From NCBI GenBank assembly GCA_965235115.1, contig OZ249436.1, forward strand, positions 47,308,001 through 47,372,000: a DNA stretch of 64,000 nucleotides. The letters run 5' to 3'. Positions 21,297 through 33,416 of the stretch are shown here, piece after piece (the stretch's first letter is position 1; each line of letters begins with the position of its first letter). The notes under the pieces were generated by a model, which searched no databases, was not told where the DNA came from, and saw only the letters and a list, made by a program, of their open reading frames with translations. The DNA comes from Laetmonice hystrix. Lineage: Eukaryota. Both the position numbers and the translations under genes were made by a program.

Positions 21297-24200
21297 ACAG
21301 GGGAGCAATACAAGGTGAGGAACAAACTCTGTCACAGACAGGGGAGAAATACAAGGTGAGGAACAAACTCTGTCACAGACAGGGGAGAAATACAAGGTGA
21401 GGAACAAACTCTGTCACAGACAGGGGAGAAATACAACGTCAGGAACAAACTCTATCACAGACAGGGGAGAAATACAAGGTGAGAAACAAACTCTGTCACA
21501 GACAGGGGAGAAATACAAGGTGAGAAACAAACTCTGTCACAGACAGGGGAGAAATACAAGGTGAGGAACAAACTCTGTTACAGACAGGGGAGAAATACAA
21601 CGTCAGGAACAAACTCTATCACAGACAGGAGAGAACTACGATGAGGAACAAACTCTGTCACAGACAGGGGAGAAATACAAGGTGAGGAACAAACTCTGTC
21701 AGAGACAGGGGAGAAATACAAGGTGAGGAACAAACTCTGTCACAGACAGGGGAGAAATACAAGGTGAGGAACAAACTCTGTCACAGACAGGGGAGAAATA
21801 CAAGGTGAGGAACAAACTCTGTCACAGACAGGGGAGAAATACAAGGTGAGGAACAAACTCTGTTACAGACAGGGGAGAAATACAAGGTGAGGAACAAACT
21901 CTGTCAGAGACAGGGGAGAAATACAAGGTGAGGAACAAACTCTGTCACAGACAGGGGAGAAATACAAGGTAAGGAACAAACTCTGTCACAGACAGGGGAG
22001 AAATACAAGGTGAGGAACAAACTCTGTCACAGACAGGGGAGAAATACAAGGTGAGGAACAAACTCTGTCACAGACAGGGGAGAAATACAAGGTGAGGAAC
22101 AAACTCTGTCAGAGACAGGGGAGAAATACAAGGTGAGGAACAAACTCTGTCACAGACAGGGGAGAAATACAAGGTGAGGAACAAACTCTGTCAGAGACAG
22201 GGGAGAAATACAAGGTGAGGAACAAACTCTGTCACAGACAGGGGAGAAATACAAGGTGAGGAACAAACTCTGTCAGAGACAGGGGAGAAATACAAGGTGA
22301 GGAACAAACTCTGTCACAGACAGGGGAGAAATACAAGGTGAGGAACAAACTCTGTCACAGACAGGGGAGAAATACAAGGTGAGGAACAAACTCTGTCACA
22401 GACAGGGGAGAAATACAAGGTGAGGAACAAACTCTGTCACAGACAGGGGAGAAATACAAGGTGAGGAACAAACTCTGTTACAGACAGGGGAGAAATACAA
22501 CGTCAGGAACAAACTCTATCACAGACAGGAGAGAACTACGATGAGGAACAAACTCTGTCACAGACAGGGGAGAAATACAAGGTGAGGAACAAACTCTGTT
22601 ACAGACAGGGGAGAAATACAACGTCAGGAACAAACTCTATCACAGACAGGAGAGAACTACGATGAGGAACAAACTCTGTCACAGACAGGGGAGAAATACA
22701 AGGTGAGGAACAAACTCTATCACAGACAGGAGAGAACTACGATGAGGAACAAACTCTGTCACAGACAGGGGAGAAATACAAGGTGAGGAACAAACTCTGT
22801 CACAGACAGGGGAGAAATACAAGGTGAGGAACAAACTCTGTCACAGACAGGGGAGAAATACAAGGTGAGGAACAAACTCTATCACAGACAGGGGAGAAAT
22901 ACAAGGTGAGGAACAAACTCTGTCAGAGACAGGGGAGAAATACAACGTCAGGAACAAACTCTATCACAGACAGGGGAGAAATACAAGGTGAGAAACAAAC
23001 TCTGTCACAGACAGGGGAGAAATACAAGGTGAGGAACAAACTCTGTCAGAGACAGGGGAGAAATACAAGGTGAGGAACAAACTCTGTCACAGACAGGGGA
23101 GAAATACAAGGTGAGGAACAAACTCTGTCAGAGACAGGGGAGAAATACAAGGTGAGGAACAAACTCTGTCACAGACAGGGGGGAAATACAAGGTGAGGAA
23201 CAAACTCTCTCAGAGACAGGGGAGAAATACAAGGTGAGGAACAAACTCTATCACAGACAGGAGAGAACTACGATGAGGAACAAACTCTGTCACAGACAGG
23301 GGAGAAATACAAGGTGAGGAACAAACTCTGTCAGAGACAGGGGAGAAATACAAGGTGAGGAACAAACTCTGTCACAGACAGGGGAGAAATACAACGTCAG
23401 GAACAAACTCTATCACAGACAGGAGAGAACTACGATGAGGAACAAACTCTGTCACAGACAGGGGAGAAATACAAGGTGAGGAACAAACTCTGTCACAGAC
23501 AGGGGAGAAATACAAGGTGAGGAACAAACTCTGTCACAGACAGGGGAGAAATACAAGGTGAGGAACAAACTCTGTCACAGACAGGGGAGAAATACAACGT
23601 CAGGAACAAACTCTATCACAGACAGGAGAGAACTACGATGAGGAACAAACTCTGTCACAGACAGGGGAGAAATACAAGGTGAGGAACAAACTCTGTCAGA
23701 GACAGGGGAGAAATACAAGGTGAGGAACAAACTCTGTCACAGACAGGGGAGAAATACAAGGTGAGGAACAAACTCTGTCACAGACAGGGGAGAAATACAA
23801 GGTGAGGAACAAACTCTGTCAGAGACAGGGGAGAAATACAAGGTGAGGAACAAACTCTGTCACAGACAGGGGAGAAATACAAGGTGAGGAACAAACTCTG
23901 TCAGAGACAGGGGAGAAATACAAGGTGAGGAACAAACTCTGTCACAGACAGGGGAGAAATACAAGGTGAGGAACAAACTCTGTCAGAGACAGGGGAGAAA
24001 TACAAGGTGAGGAACAAACTCTGTCACAGACAGGGGAGAAATACAAGGTGAGGAACAAACTCTGTCACAGACAGGGGAGAAATACAAGGTGAGGAACAAA
24101 CTCTGTCACAGACAGGGGAGAAATACAAGGTGAGGAACAAACTCTGTCAGAGACAGGGGAGAAATACAAGGTGAGGAACAAACTCTGTCACAGACAGGGG

Positions 24201-24500
24201 AGAAATACAAGGTGAGGAACAAACTCTGTCACAGACAGGGGAGAAATACAAGGTGAGGAACAAACTCTGTCACAGACAGGGGAGAAATACAAGGTGAGGA
24301 ACAAACTCTGTCAGAGACAGGGGAGAAATACAAGGTGAGGAACAAACTCTGTCACAGACAGGGGAGAAATACAAGGTGAGGAACAAACTCTGTCAGAGAC
24401 AGGGGAGAAATACAAGGTGAGGAACAAACTCTGTCACAGACAGGGGGGAAATACAAGGTGAGGAACAAACTCTCTCAGAGACAGGGGAGAAATACAAGGT
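21297..24500. repeat. 41-bp minisatellite (~78 copies) abutting the splice acceptor
   Basis: Unit ACAGGGGAGAAATACAAGGTGAGGAACAAACTCTGTCACAG with recurring variant units. Confidence 0.97.
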
Positions 24501-25480
24501 CACACACACGACGACCCAAACGAAAGAGACATTCATTGAGGAGGCACTTATTTCTCCCGCATCGCAAAACAATATAACCCCAGATATTGAATTAAACCTT
24601 CTTTTAGGTCTAACAGAGACACGGAAAGATGAAATCTAACCATGTCAATGACTGGCCTGTCTATTACCAATGTACTCCCAATACCTGCAGCTCACTCTTA
24701 ATGTCTGCGAGAAACTTTAAACCATCGGAAAGCTGTACATGAACGGTTAACTTTTTTATCCCTGGTTCATTTAATGTGAAAATACCCAAATACTGGTTCT
24801 ATAGTCACTTGGTATGAAAAGTCGCCAAGTGAACTTTAAATAGTTTTATTTCTGCAAAAACTAGTCACGTTAATCCGACAAGACTTTACAGGCAAGTCCC
24901 TTGTTGAACGACGGGTATTACCGTAAAAGCACTGTTAAAAACACCAGAAACACCTGCTGGCTGCCACACTGCCAGGGGCGTACCTTCCCTCCTCCTGTAG
25001 TATTCACATTGTGCAGCTCTGCAGGCCACCTGAGACACTGCTGCCACAGTTCCGACAGAAACAAGGAACAGTAGAGACCTCTGGTGGTAATAACTGGAAC
25101 TAGCAGATGGTCGGAGGCGCAGTGCCACTTCAGATTGTTTGACATTCCTCATAAAAAATATCTGCCTGCTCAAAGTCAGCTTGTCTACAAGCATAAGGCT
25201 CCGACACCTGTCATGTGTTAACAATTCTCAAGAGCTTTCTAACTTGGTCTTTTCCCTTGAGCCAAGGTCAGGAAGCTCAGGTGAATATGTAATAACTTAT
25301 ACTGCCTCACATATAGTTTGTGCAACGAATGGCACAAAGTACGATGGCCTCAAAACCTTCACTATTATTCAGAAACCTACAAAATTATGCAAGCTAACGT
25401 CATTAGGTGACCCCCACTTCGTTATCAATAACTTAGGCTGACTAAAAAACTTTCATGTCAAAGAATACAAATACTGGTGG

Positions 25481-25848
25481 ACACCATTTTGTACACGGAA
25501 TCCTAGCTGATATACCATTTTGAATACTGAAGTCTAGCTGATACTTATACCACCATTTTGTACACTGAATACTAGCTGATACTTATAACACCAATTTGTA
25601 CACTGAATACTAGCTGATACTTATACCACCATTTTGTACACTGAATACTAGCTGATACTTACAACACCATTTTGTACACTGAATACTGGCTGATACTTAC
25701 AACACCATTTTGTACACTGAATCCTAGCTGATACTTACAACACCATTTTGTACACTGAATCCTAGCTGATACTTATAACACCATTTTGTATACTGAATCC
25801 TAGCTGATACTTACAACACCATTTTGTACACTGAATCCTAGCTGATAT
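25481..25848. repeat. 38-bp tandem repeat built from the exon 3' end plus splice donor (~10 copies)
   Basis: Minus-strand unit TATCAGCTAGGATTCAGTGTACAAAATGGTGTT-GTAAG; the first copy is coding ([11 protein letters not shown]). Confidence 0.95.
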
Positions 25849-25934
25849 TTGACATCCGGTCGCTTGATGAGGACTTCAACAACAGGCGGACACGACACCA
25901 CCGTTAACTTCACCACCGTCTGGTTCTTGGCTGC
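25815..25934 (-). CDS. APBA: X11/Mint/lin-10 exon, end of PDZ1 and start of PDZ2
   Basis: gttgcag|[40 protein letters not shown]|gtaagt; 120 nt, phase 0. Confidence 0.96.
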
Positions 25935-25942
25935 CTGCAACA

Positions 25943-26538
25943 CACAGTACAGAAACACATCAGTCAATATGTCACAGTACAGAAACACATCAGTCAATAT
26001 TTCACAGTACAGAAACACATCAGTCAATATTTCACAGTACAGAAACACATCAGTCAATATGTCACAGTACAGAAACACATCAGTCAATATGTCACAGTAC
26101 AGAAACACATCAGTCAATATTTCACAGTACAGAAACACATCAGTCAATATTTCACAGTACAGAGACACATCAGTCAATATTTCACAGTACAGAAACACAT
26201 CAGTCAATATTTCAAAGTACAGAGACACATCAGTCAATATGTCACAGTACAGAAACACATCAGTCAATATGTCACAGTACAGAGACACATCAGTCAATAT
26301 TTCACAGTACAGAAACACATCAGTCAATATTTCACAGTACAGAAACACATCAGTCAATATGTCACAGTACAGAAACACATCAGTCAATATGTCACAGTAC
26401 AGAAACACATCAGTCAATATGTCACAGTACAGAGACACATCAGTCAATATGTCACAGTACAGAAACACATCAGTCAATATGTCACAGTACAGAAACACAT
26501 CAGTCAATATATCACAGTACAGAAACACATCAGTCAAC
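25943..26538. repeat. 30-bp minisatellite (~20 copies) abutting the splice acceptor
   Basis: Unit CACAGTACAGAAACACATCAGTCAATAT(G/T)T. Confidence 0.97.
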
Positions 26539-26942
26539 ACACTGTATTTTTGTAAGTTTTAGGGAATTTAAAATAAGAAGACTGCAAGAGACTTATGACA
26601 AAAAGTTTGACAGAAGTTCATATGGTTTGGTCCGTGCTAGTCAGAAATGTTGATTTAATACTGGAGGAAAATATCAGAAACGTTGATGTTAAAATATTCT
26701 GAATTGTTATGGAGTGCACAAGGCGGGTCTGAGACCATCTCCAGCAACCTTCCTCCCAGCAGACAATTCTCCTCCTGTGGGGTAACCCCTGCACACTGAC
26801 AACATGACATGGCAGTGTATTCCAGTCAGGTCCCATCCTCATCATTACGGCCCATTCTCTCTCTATAATCCACCTCTCTGTCCGTCCAGCAGCAATCCAT
26901 CAGTGTGTATGAATAATTGACGTTAATTGTCGTATATTCTGA

Positions 26943-27850
26943 CCACCACTCCCCTCCTCTCCGGCACGACTCGCAATCAGGTGAAAACTTTGCCGCAGTC
27001 CCCCACCACTCCCCTCCTCCCCGGCACGGCTCGCAATCAGGTGGAAACTTTGCCGCAGTCCCCCACCACTCCCCTCCTCTCTGGCACGGCTCGCAATCAG
27101 GTGGAAACTTTGCCGCAGTCCCCCACCACTCCCCTCCTCTCCGGCACGGCTCGCAATCAGGTGGAAACTTTGCCACAGTCCCCCAACACTCCCCTCCTCC
27201 CCGGCCGGCCTGCAATCAGGTGGAAACTTTGCCGCAGTCCCCCACCACTCCCCTCCTCTCTGGCACGGCTCGCAATCAGGTGGAAACTTTGCCGCAGTCC
27301 CCCACCACTCCCCTCCTCTCCGGCACGGCTCGCAATCAGGTGAAAACTTTGCCGCAGTCCCCCACCACTCCCCTCCTCTCCGGCACGGCTCGCAATCAGG
27401 TGGAAACTTTGCCGCAGTCCCCCACCACTCCCCTCCTCTCCGGCACGGCTCGCAATCAGGTGGAAACTTTGCCACAGTCCTCCACCACTCCCCTCCTCTC
27501 CGGCACGACTCGCAATCAGGAAGAAACTTTGCCGCAGTCCCCCACCACTCCCGTCCTCTCTGGCACGGCTCGCAATCAGGTGGAAACCTTGCCACAGTCC
27601 CCCACCACTCCCCTCCTGTCCGGCACGACTCGCAATCAGGTGGAAACTTTGCCGCAGTCCCCCACCACTCCCCTCCTCTCGGGCACGACTCGCAATCAGG
27701 TGGAAACCTTGCCGCAGTCCCCCACCACTCCCCTCCTCTCCGGCACGACTCGCAATCAGGTGGAAACTTTGCCGTGGTCCTCCACCACTCCCCTCCTCTC
27801 CGCCACGGCTCGCAATCAGGTGGAAACTTTGCCGTGGTCCTCCATCACTC
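26943..27850. repeat. 60-bp minisatellite (~15 copies)
   Basis: Unit CCACCACTCCCCTCCTCTCCGGCACGGCTCGCAATCAGGTGGAAACTTTGCCGCAGTCCC. Confidence 0.95.
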
Positions 27851-28789
27851 TCCATGAAAACATCTGGCGATTAGCAGGGACCGCAGAATGGTTTGTAAAG
27901 TGTTTGTTTGGAGCGGGGGGGGCCTGAAGTTTGGGGTGGCCTGATATGTGATGCTCCACCCTCCGCGAGTGTGTCCGAGGGTCACCACCATAGAGTTTTC
28001 AAAAGTTGATGGGCTTACGTATTTCGGGACGCATTTCCGTTGATATAGACATTGAAAATTTAACCTTAATTCCAGCGCTAAATGTCACTACAGTCAGCTT
28101 AGTGAACTACACAGTTATTCTCTCCAGACACACACAGTCGTTAATGCAGAGCAACATTTAAAAACATATACAGTGGATGCTGTAACTCATGTGTGCACAT
28201 ATCCTTCTAGAATCTAGACCTTGGAGAAATCTTCAGTCACAGCAGTCGGATTAAAAGGTGACTGAAATATTTCACTCCAGTCCAGTACAAAGAAAATCAG
28301 ACGCCTGCCTAAAGCTGCCTGACACAACATTCGGCAGGAATTCCTTGGTTAACAGCCTGTGTAGGACTCTCAGGAGTGCTTGCAGTACCTCCATTAAAGT
28401 CAAATCAGGCACTGCTGCGACTCCGACATGATGGCCATTTGCCACAGAAATCTTCCACTTCACTGGACCAGAGTATACAGACGTACACCTGTGAACGTCA
28501 TTCAATGTGAAGGAACTTGACGCGGTTTGCCCTCCCTCTCCAAAAAAAGAAAAGATTGTTTGCCTCTAAGGAGGGAGAGAGTGCTACATTCAGAGGCGAG
28601 ATACTACATTCAGACCCGCAATGCCTTCACACCATACGTCAACAAAGCGCACCTTGCGCTGTATTTACGACAGTCTTATTCGTTTTCTATACATTTTTAA
28701 AAGGTACATTATGGCACGCCTCACTGCAATTATGCGTAATATTCCTGGGCCCACCTGCTCCTAGTGAGTAAGACGCCAGTTACGGACGT

Positions 28790-28920
28790 GGGCCGAGGCT
28801 GGGGGGAGGCTGGAGTCGAGGCCGGGGGGGGGGGGAGGTCTGGAGCCGAGGCCGGGGGGAGGCTGGAGCCGAGGCCGGGAGGGGGAGGTCTGGAGCCGAG
28901 GCGGGGGGGGGAGGCGGGGG
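28790..28920. repeat. G-rich short repeat (GGAGCCGAGGCCGGGG...)
   Basis: About 5 degenerate copies with G runs. Confidence 0.75.
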
Positions 28921-29242
28921 CATAAAGTGTCGGCTCCTATTCTGTGGAATCCTTCGGTTACTTTAAGACGTCAGCTTTGTGTTCGAGCCGAGGTGATTAT
29001 TCTGGTTGCCAAGGTAGCTTGTCGCCAGGCCCACGGCGGCAGCCTGGCCATGTTCGTTAATGAGGCGCTACAACTGGCCAGTTCGATCGTAGTGCAGCGG
29101 GCATCAGCCACGGGGGTCTGACGTCAGCGGGCCGGGGACCAGGCCTGAGAGGAATACACCACCCGGCCTCAACCTCCCCCCCCCCCCGGCCTAGCCCCCC
29201 CCCCCCCCCCGCCCCCGTCCCCGGCCCATGGACGGGTCACTC

Positions 29243-29508
29243 ACCTGCAGACTCAGGTGGTCAACTTTCAGACTGACCTGCAGACTCAGGTGGTCCACTT
29301 TCAGACTGACCTGCAGACCCAGGTGGTCAACTTTCAGACTGACCTGCAGACTCAGGTGGTCCACTTTCAGACTGACCTGCAGACTCAGGTGGTCAACTTT
29401 CAGACTGACCTGCAGACTCAGGTGGTCCACTTTCAGACTGACCTGCAGACTCAGGTGGTCAACTTTTAGACTGACCTGCAGACTCAGGTGTTTAACTTCC
29501 AGACTGAC
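29243..29508. repeat. 33-bp minisatellite (~8 copies)
   Basis: Unit GACCTGCAGACTCAGGTGGTC(A/C)ACTTTCAGACT. Confidence 0.93.
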
Positions 29509-30362
29509 CGCTCAGCCAGTCTTATTTAACCACTGAGTTCTTACCCTAGAGGAAGAGGAGCAGGTGGCGGTATGACAAATGATTACCACTCAAGTTATCC
29601 GCATCCTGCACAAATTACTGTCAGGCAGCGTGGATTTTTTCCCATTTACAGAGAAGAAAGTCTGGGAAGACGATATGATAACGTTATTAGGAGTTACGAT
29701 AATCTTGTCAGACATCTGATCCAGAACAGGCTTGCTAACGTACTAACACGCCAACTGGTTAGATCGTGTGTGAAATATTTACAACGTGAGCTCTCACAAA
29801 CACACGTCTACACGGATGTGGGCGTGTACACGCTCCCAACTCTTCATGCCACACAACTTCTACATCAACAGTTCTATCACTAATTAACTTACAGACATCT
29901 ACTTTCAAACTTTCTCATGTTCTAACATTGAGAAAGTACGTCTCGTGTAAGTGAAATGTAATTTCGGTGTAACTAATCATTTCGTGTAAAACATGTTCCT
30001 GTGAGTGAACAGCGTGCCTACTCCAGTGTGATCAGATGAAAAATGAGCTCTTCTTTCAGCCAGTCTGTCCTCCGACCAGGCACTGAGCTTGATTTATTAA
30101 TCCCAAGGATAAGCCTAATCCAGTAATGAGATTAGGGTGAGGCTGGCCTTTAGTCTGTGAATCAGACAGAGATCGTAGTGAGGTGGGTGTGACAGATGTT
30201 GATAAAGTTATTTCCAGCATCAAACTCCCATGCCTACCAACCTGTACTAATGCCCACATCAAATTTTAAGGCTAAGTGGAACACTTTGGAGGAAAACCAA
30301 CTGGCTTTGTGAGTGAATGTATCCACAGACTTGTTTTCTGAGGTCATCACATTTAACAAGTT

Positions 30363-30560
30363 CTCCACCACACAGTATGAGGGTGATCATACGCCAGGAC
30401 ACTCCACCACACAGTATGAGGGTGATCATACGCCAGGACACTCCACCACACAGTATGAGGGTGATCATACGCCAGGACACTCCACCACACAGTATGAGGG
30501 TGATCATACGCCAGGACACTCCACCACACAGTATGAGGGTGATCATACGCCAGGACACTC
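30363..30560. repeat. 39-bp minisatellite (5 copies)
   Basis: Unit CTCCACCACACAGTATGAGGGTGATCATACGCCAGGACA. Confidence 0.93.
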
Positions 30561-30707
30561 ACTGGGAAACATGCGGGGTTGATACGGTGAACTTTTCAAT
30601 TTAATGTCAATGTCATTAATCAATGGTACGACAGGAAATGGGCCAAAATGGACGGAGGTCGATCTTTATTAAAGTATTAAAGTATAGGGAATGACTGCAG
30701 CCGGTTT

Positions 30708-30795
30708 GAGGAGGAGGAGGAGGAGGAGGAGGAGGAGGAGGAGGAGGAGGAGGAGGAAGGGAGGAGGAGGAGGGAGGTGAGGGAGGAGAAGGAGC
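30708..30795. repeat. (GAG)n microsatellite
   Basis: About 16 perfect GAG units, then degenerate. Confidence 0.9.
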
Positions 30796-30849
30796 AGATG
30801 GAGGAGTTTTCTCGAACTAATAAAAAGGTTAAAAAGAACTTGTCGGTCA

Positions 30850-31292
30850 ATCCCCACACCCAAACTAGACACACAGCAGTTGGTGCCAGAAGTATCGTCC
30901 ACTGTGGACCAAAGTTATGGTCTAAACTCCCTACATATCTAAAAAATATGCACACAACCTACTCATTTGCAAAGTCGTATAAAAGGCATGTACTCCAGAA
31001 TTATTAAATTTGTTTTCACTCGCTTCATCTATTCTTTCAAGCAGCATGTTATCTAGTTTAAGTTAATGATGTTATGTTCAGGCATCATCCGGCCAGGTAC
31101 CTGATGTATATTACTGTTTTCTTCGTGCAACAATACAAGTGTTTTTTGTACCTGGTTACAGTCCAACACGACTAAGGATGATTTTAGCCTTGACTCATAA
31201 GGATCGCTCTACTTGTGTATAATTTCAAATGATTGTAAAATGTGTTGTTTTTCTTGTGAGTCTAAATAAACATACATACATACATACATACA
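30850..31292 (+). mobile_element. 5'-truncated LINE (CR1/L2/Crack-type) 3' end
   Basis: Peptide ...RHTAVGARSIVHCGPKLWSKLPTYLKNMHTTYSFAKSYKRHVLQNY* resembles the G-x-KLWN-x-LP...F-K C-terminal motif of CR1/L2-group ORF2. Followed by ~260 nt of UTR, AATAAA and a (CATA)5 tail. Confidence 0.65.
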
Positions 31293-31779
31293 GAAATGAT
31301 ATGATAATCCAAATTATCAACATTATTCTCGAATTACACGGACCGCCCCCCCCCCCCCGCCGCCGCCGCCGCGATGCTAAATTATTATCACCGAACTTAT
31401 GAATCTGGAACGGTGCCAAATGCCAGGTCCCCATGGTGACAGACATGTTGCCGCTAGGGGAGAAACTTGAGGACTGTGGTCGGTAGGTACTAAATGATGG
31501 ATGGATGTTTGCTCCAATGGTTGGAGGGGAGGGCTCTAAACGGCGGATATTCTGACGTCAGGGGGTGCAAAAGCTGGTCCTCGGATGGAAGGGATGGAGC
31601 AGCTGGGCAAGGGACGCAGCAGCTGTTCAGGGGATGGAGCAGCTGGGGCAGGGACGAAGCAGCTGGTCACGGGATAGAGCAGCTGGTTCAAGAAGAGAAA
31701 TCCGAAAAGAAGGGCATTGTACTTGTCGGCCACCGTAGTTAAATGATGAGCGTACAGAGATGAGGTTGAGAGGCCTTAC

Positions 31780-31992
31780 CTTGATGTAGTTCTGGCAGGT
31801 AGAGAGCGGTAGGCCGACCAGACTGATGCCATTGATGGACATGATCTGGTCGCCAATGTTTAGCTGACCACAACGTGCTGCCGCCCCGCTGGGCGACATG
31901 TTGGCCAGCACGACGGTGGGTACCATCGACCCCCAGCCCGACTCCACGATGACCACACCGAGAGGCTCACCCTTCAGCTTCGGAGTTATCAC
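31780..31992 (-). CDS. APBA: X11/Mint/lin-10 exon, PDZ1
   Basis: tttgcag|[71 protein letters not shown]|gtaagg; 213 nt, phase 0. Confidence 0.97.
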
Positions 31993-32265
31993 CTGCAAAC
32001 AACAACCCACATAATATAGGATCACATAAACAACACACCACATAATATAGAACAACCTGCAAACAACAAACTACAGGGCATAGGACCACCTGCAAATAAC
32101 GCATGATAATATAGGACCCCCTGCAAACAACCCACATAATATAGGGCCACCTACAAACAACACACCACATAATAGTAGGGCAACCTGCAAACAAATTACA
32201 GGGCATAGGACCACCTGCTAATAAGGCATAATAATATAGCACCCCTGCAAACAACCCACATAATC
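31991..32265. repeat. Degenerate ~32-bp repeat carrying copies of the splice acceptor
   Basis: CCTGCAAACAAC (minus GTTGTTTGCAG|G) or close variants recur about 8 times, starting at the real acceptor. Confidence 0.8.
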
Positions 32266-32518
32266 CATCAACTGAAACCCACCGGCCGCCTTTAAAGGAA
32301 GAATTTCCAGGTTGATCCTGACCAAACAGGGAGAGTGAAGGTTGACCCGCTGATGGAAGGGAATTGAAGGTGTTGTCAGTGCGTATTGAGGTCAGGTTTA
32401 CCCAAGTGTTCAGAGACAGGCAGTATGCCCCGAGGTCTGCTTTGATCTCCGCATCTCATCCAGTACAAGCTCGGGAAGGAACCGAGTCATGGGGTACACA
32501 GGTGTATGGCGGAAAATT

Positions 32519-32955
32519 AGGTTAGGTCTTTATGTACCAGTGATATCACAGGGTTAGGTCTTTATGTACAGGTGTATCACAGGATTAGGTCTTTATGTAC
32601 CAGTGTATCACAGGGTTAGGTCTTTACGTACCAGTGATATCACAGGGTTAGGTCTTTATGTACCCGTGTATCACACGGTTAGGTCTTTATGTACCAGCGT
32701 ATCACAGGGTTAGGTCTTTATGTACCCGTGTATCACACGGTTAGGTCTTTATGTACCAGCGTATCACAGGGTTAGGTCTTTATGTACCAGTGTATCACAG
32801 GGTTAGGTCTTTATGTACCAGCGTATCACAGGGTTAGGTCTTTATGTACCAGTGTATCACAAGGTTAGGGGTTTATGTACCAGTGTATCACAGGGTTAGG
32901 TCTTTATGTACCAGTGTATCACAGGGTTAGGTCTTTATGTACCAGCGTATCACAC
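32519..32955. repeat. 31-bp minisatellite (~14 copies)
   Basis: Unit GGGTTAGGTCTTTATGTACCAGTGTATCACA. Confidence 0.93.
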
Positions 32956-33233
32956 AGGGACGGGATTAGGTCTTTTTGTATCAGAGTATCTCAGGGCCAG
33001 GACCGAATTAGTTCTTTATGTATTAGATTTTCTCAGGGTCAGGGGTTGAGGTTGGCCAACACTATGGTACTTTAGGGAAGTATTATCAGTGATTTCAGTT
33101 TTAGGGGGGCGCCCCCTTCCCTTCCAAGATGTATTTTTCATAAGCTCTTTTCCAACATGAATTCCCGACTCAGCCGCAAGTTAACATTACCCGACAGACG
33201 GACTGAGAGAGAGATTAATTAGGTCATACTGAC

Positions 33234-33416
33234 CTCCTTCTGCATGTCTTTGTTAGAGAAGAGGAAGAGTTCCTCCCCGAAGATTTCCTGCTGGTTGAGG
33301 ACCTCCTGGTAGTCCATCTCCTTCATCAGGCCGGGGTCGTCGATGCCATTGGCCTTCAGGAACTCCATGTAGGCCACCTGGAAGGCCTGGCCAATGGACT
33401 GTGCGATCAGCTGGGC
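33234..33416 (-). CDS. APBA: X11/Mint/lin-10 exon, end of PTB domain and linker
   Basis: gttccag|AQLIAQSIGQAFQVAYMEFLKANGIDDPGLMKEMDYQEVLNQQEIFGEELFLFSNKDMQKE|gtcagt; 183 nt, phase 0. Confidence 0.97.
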
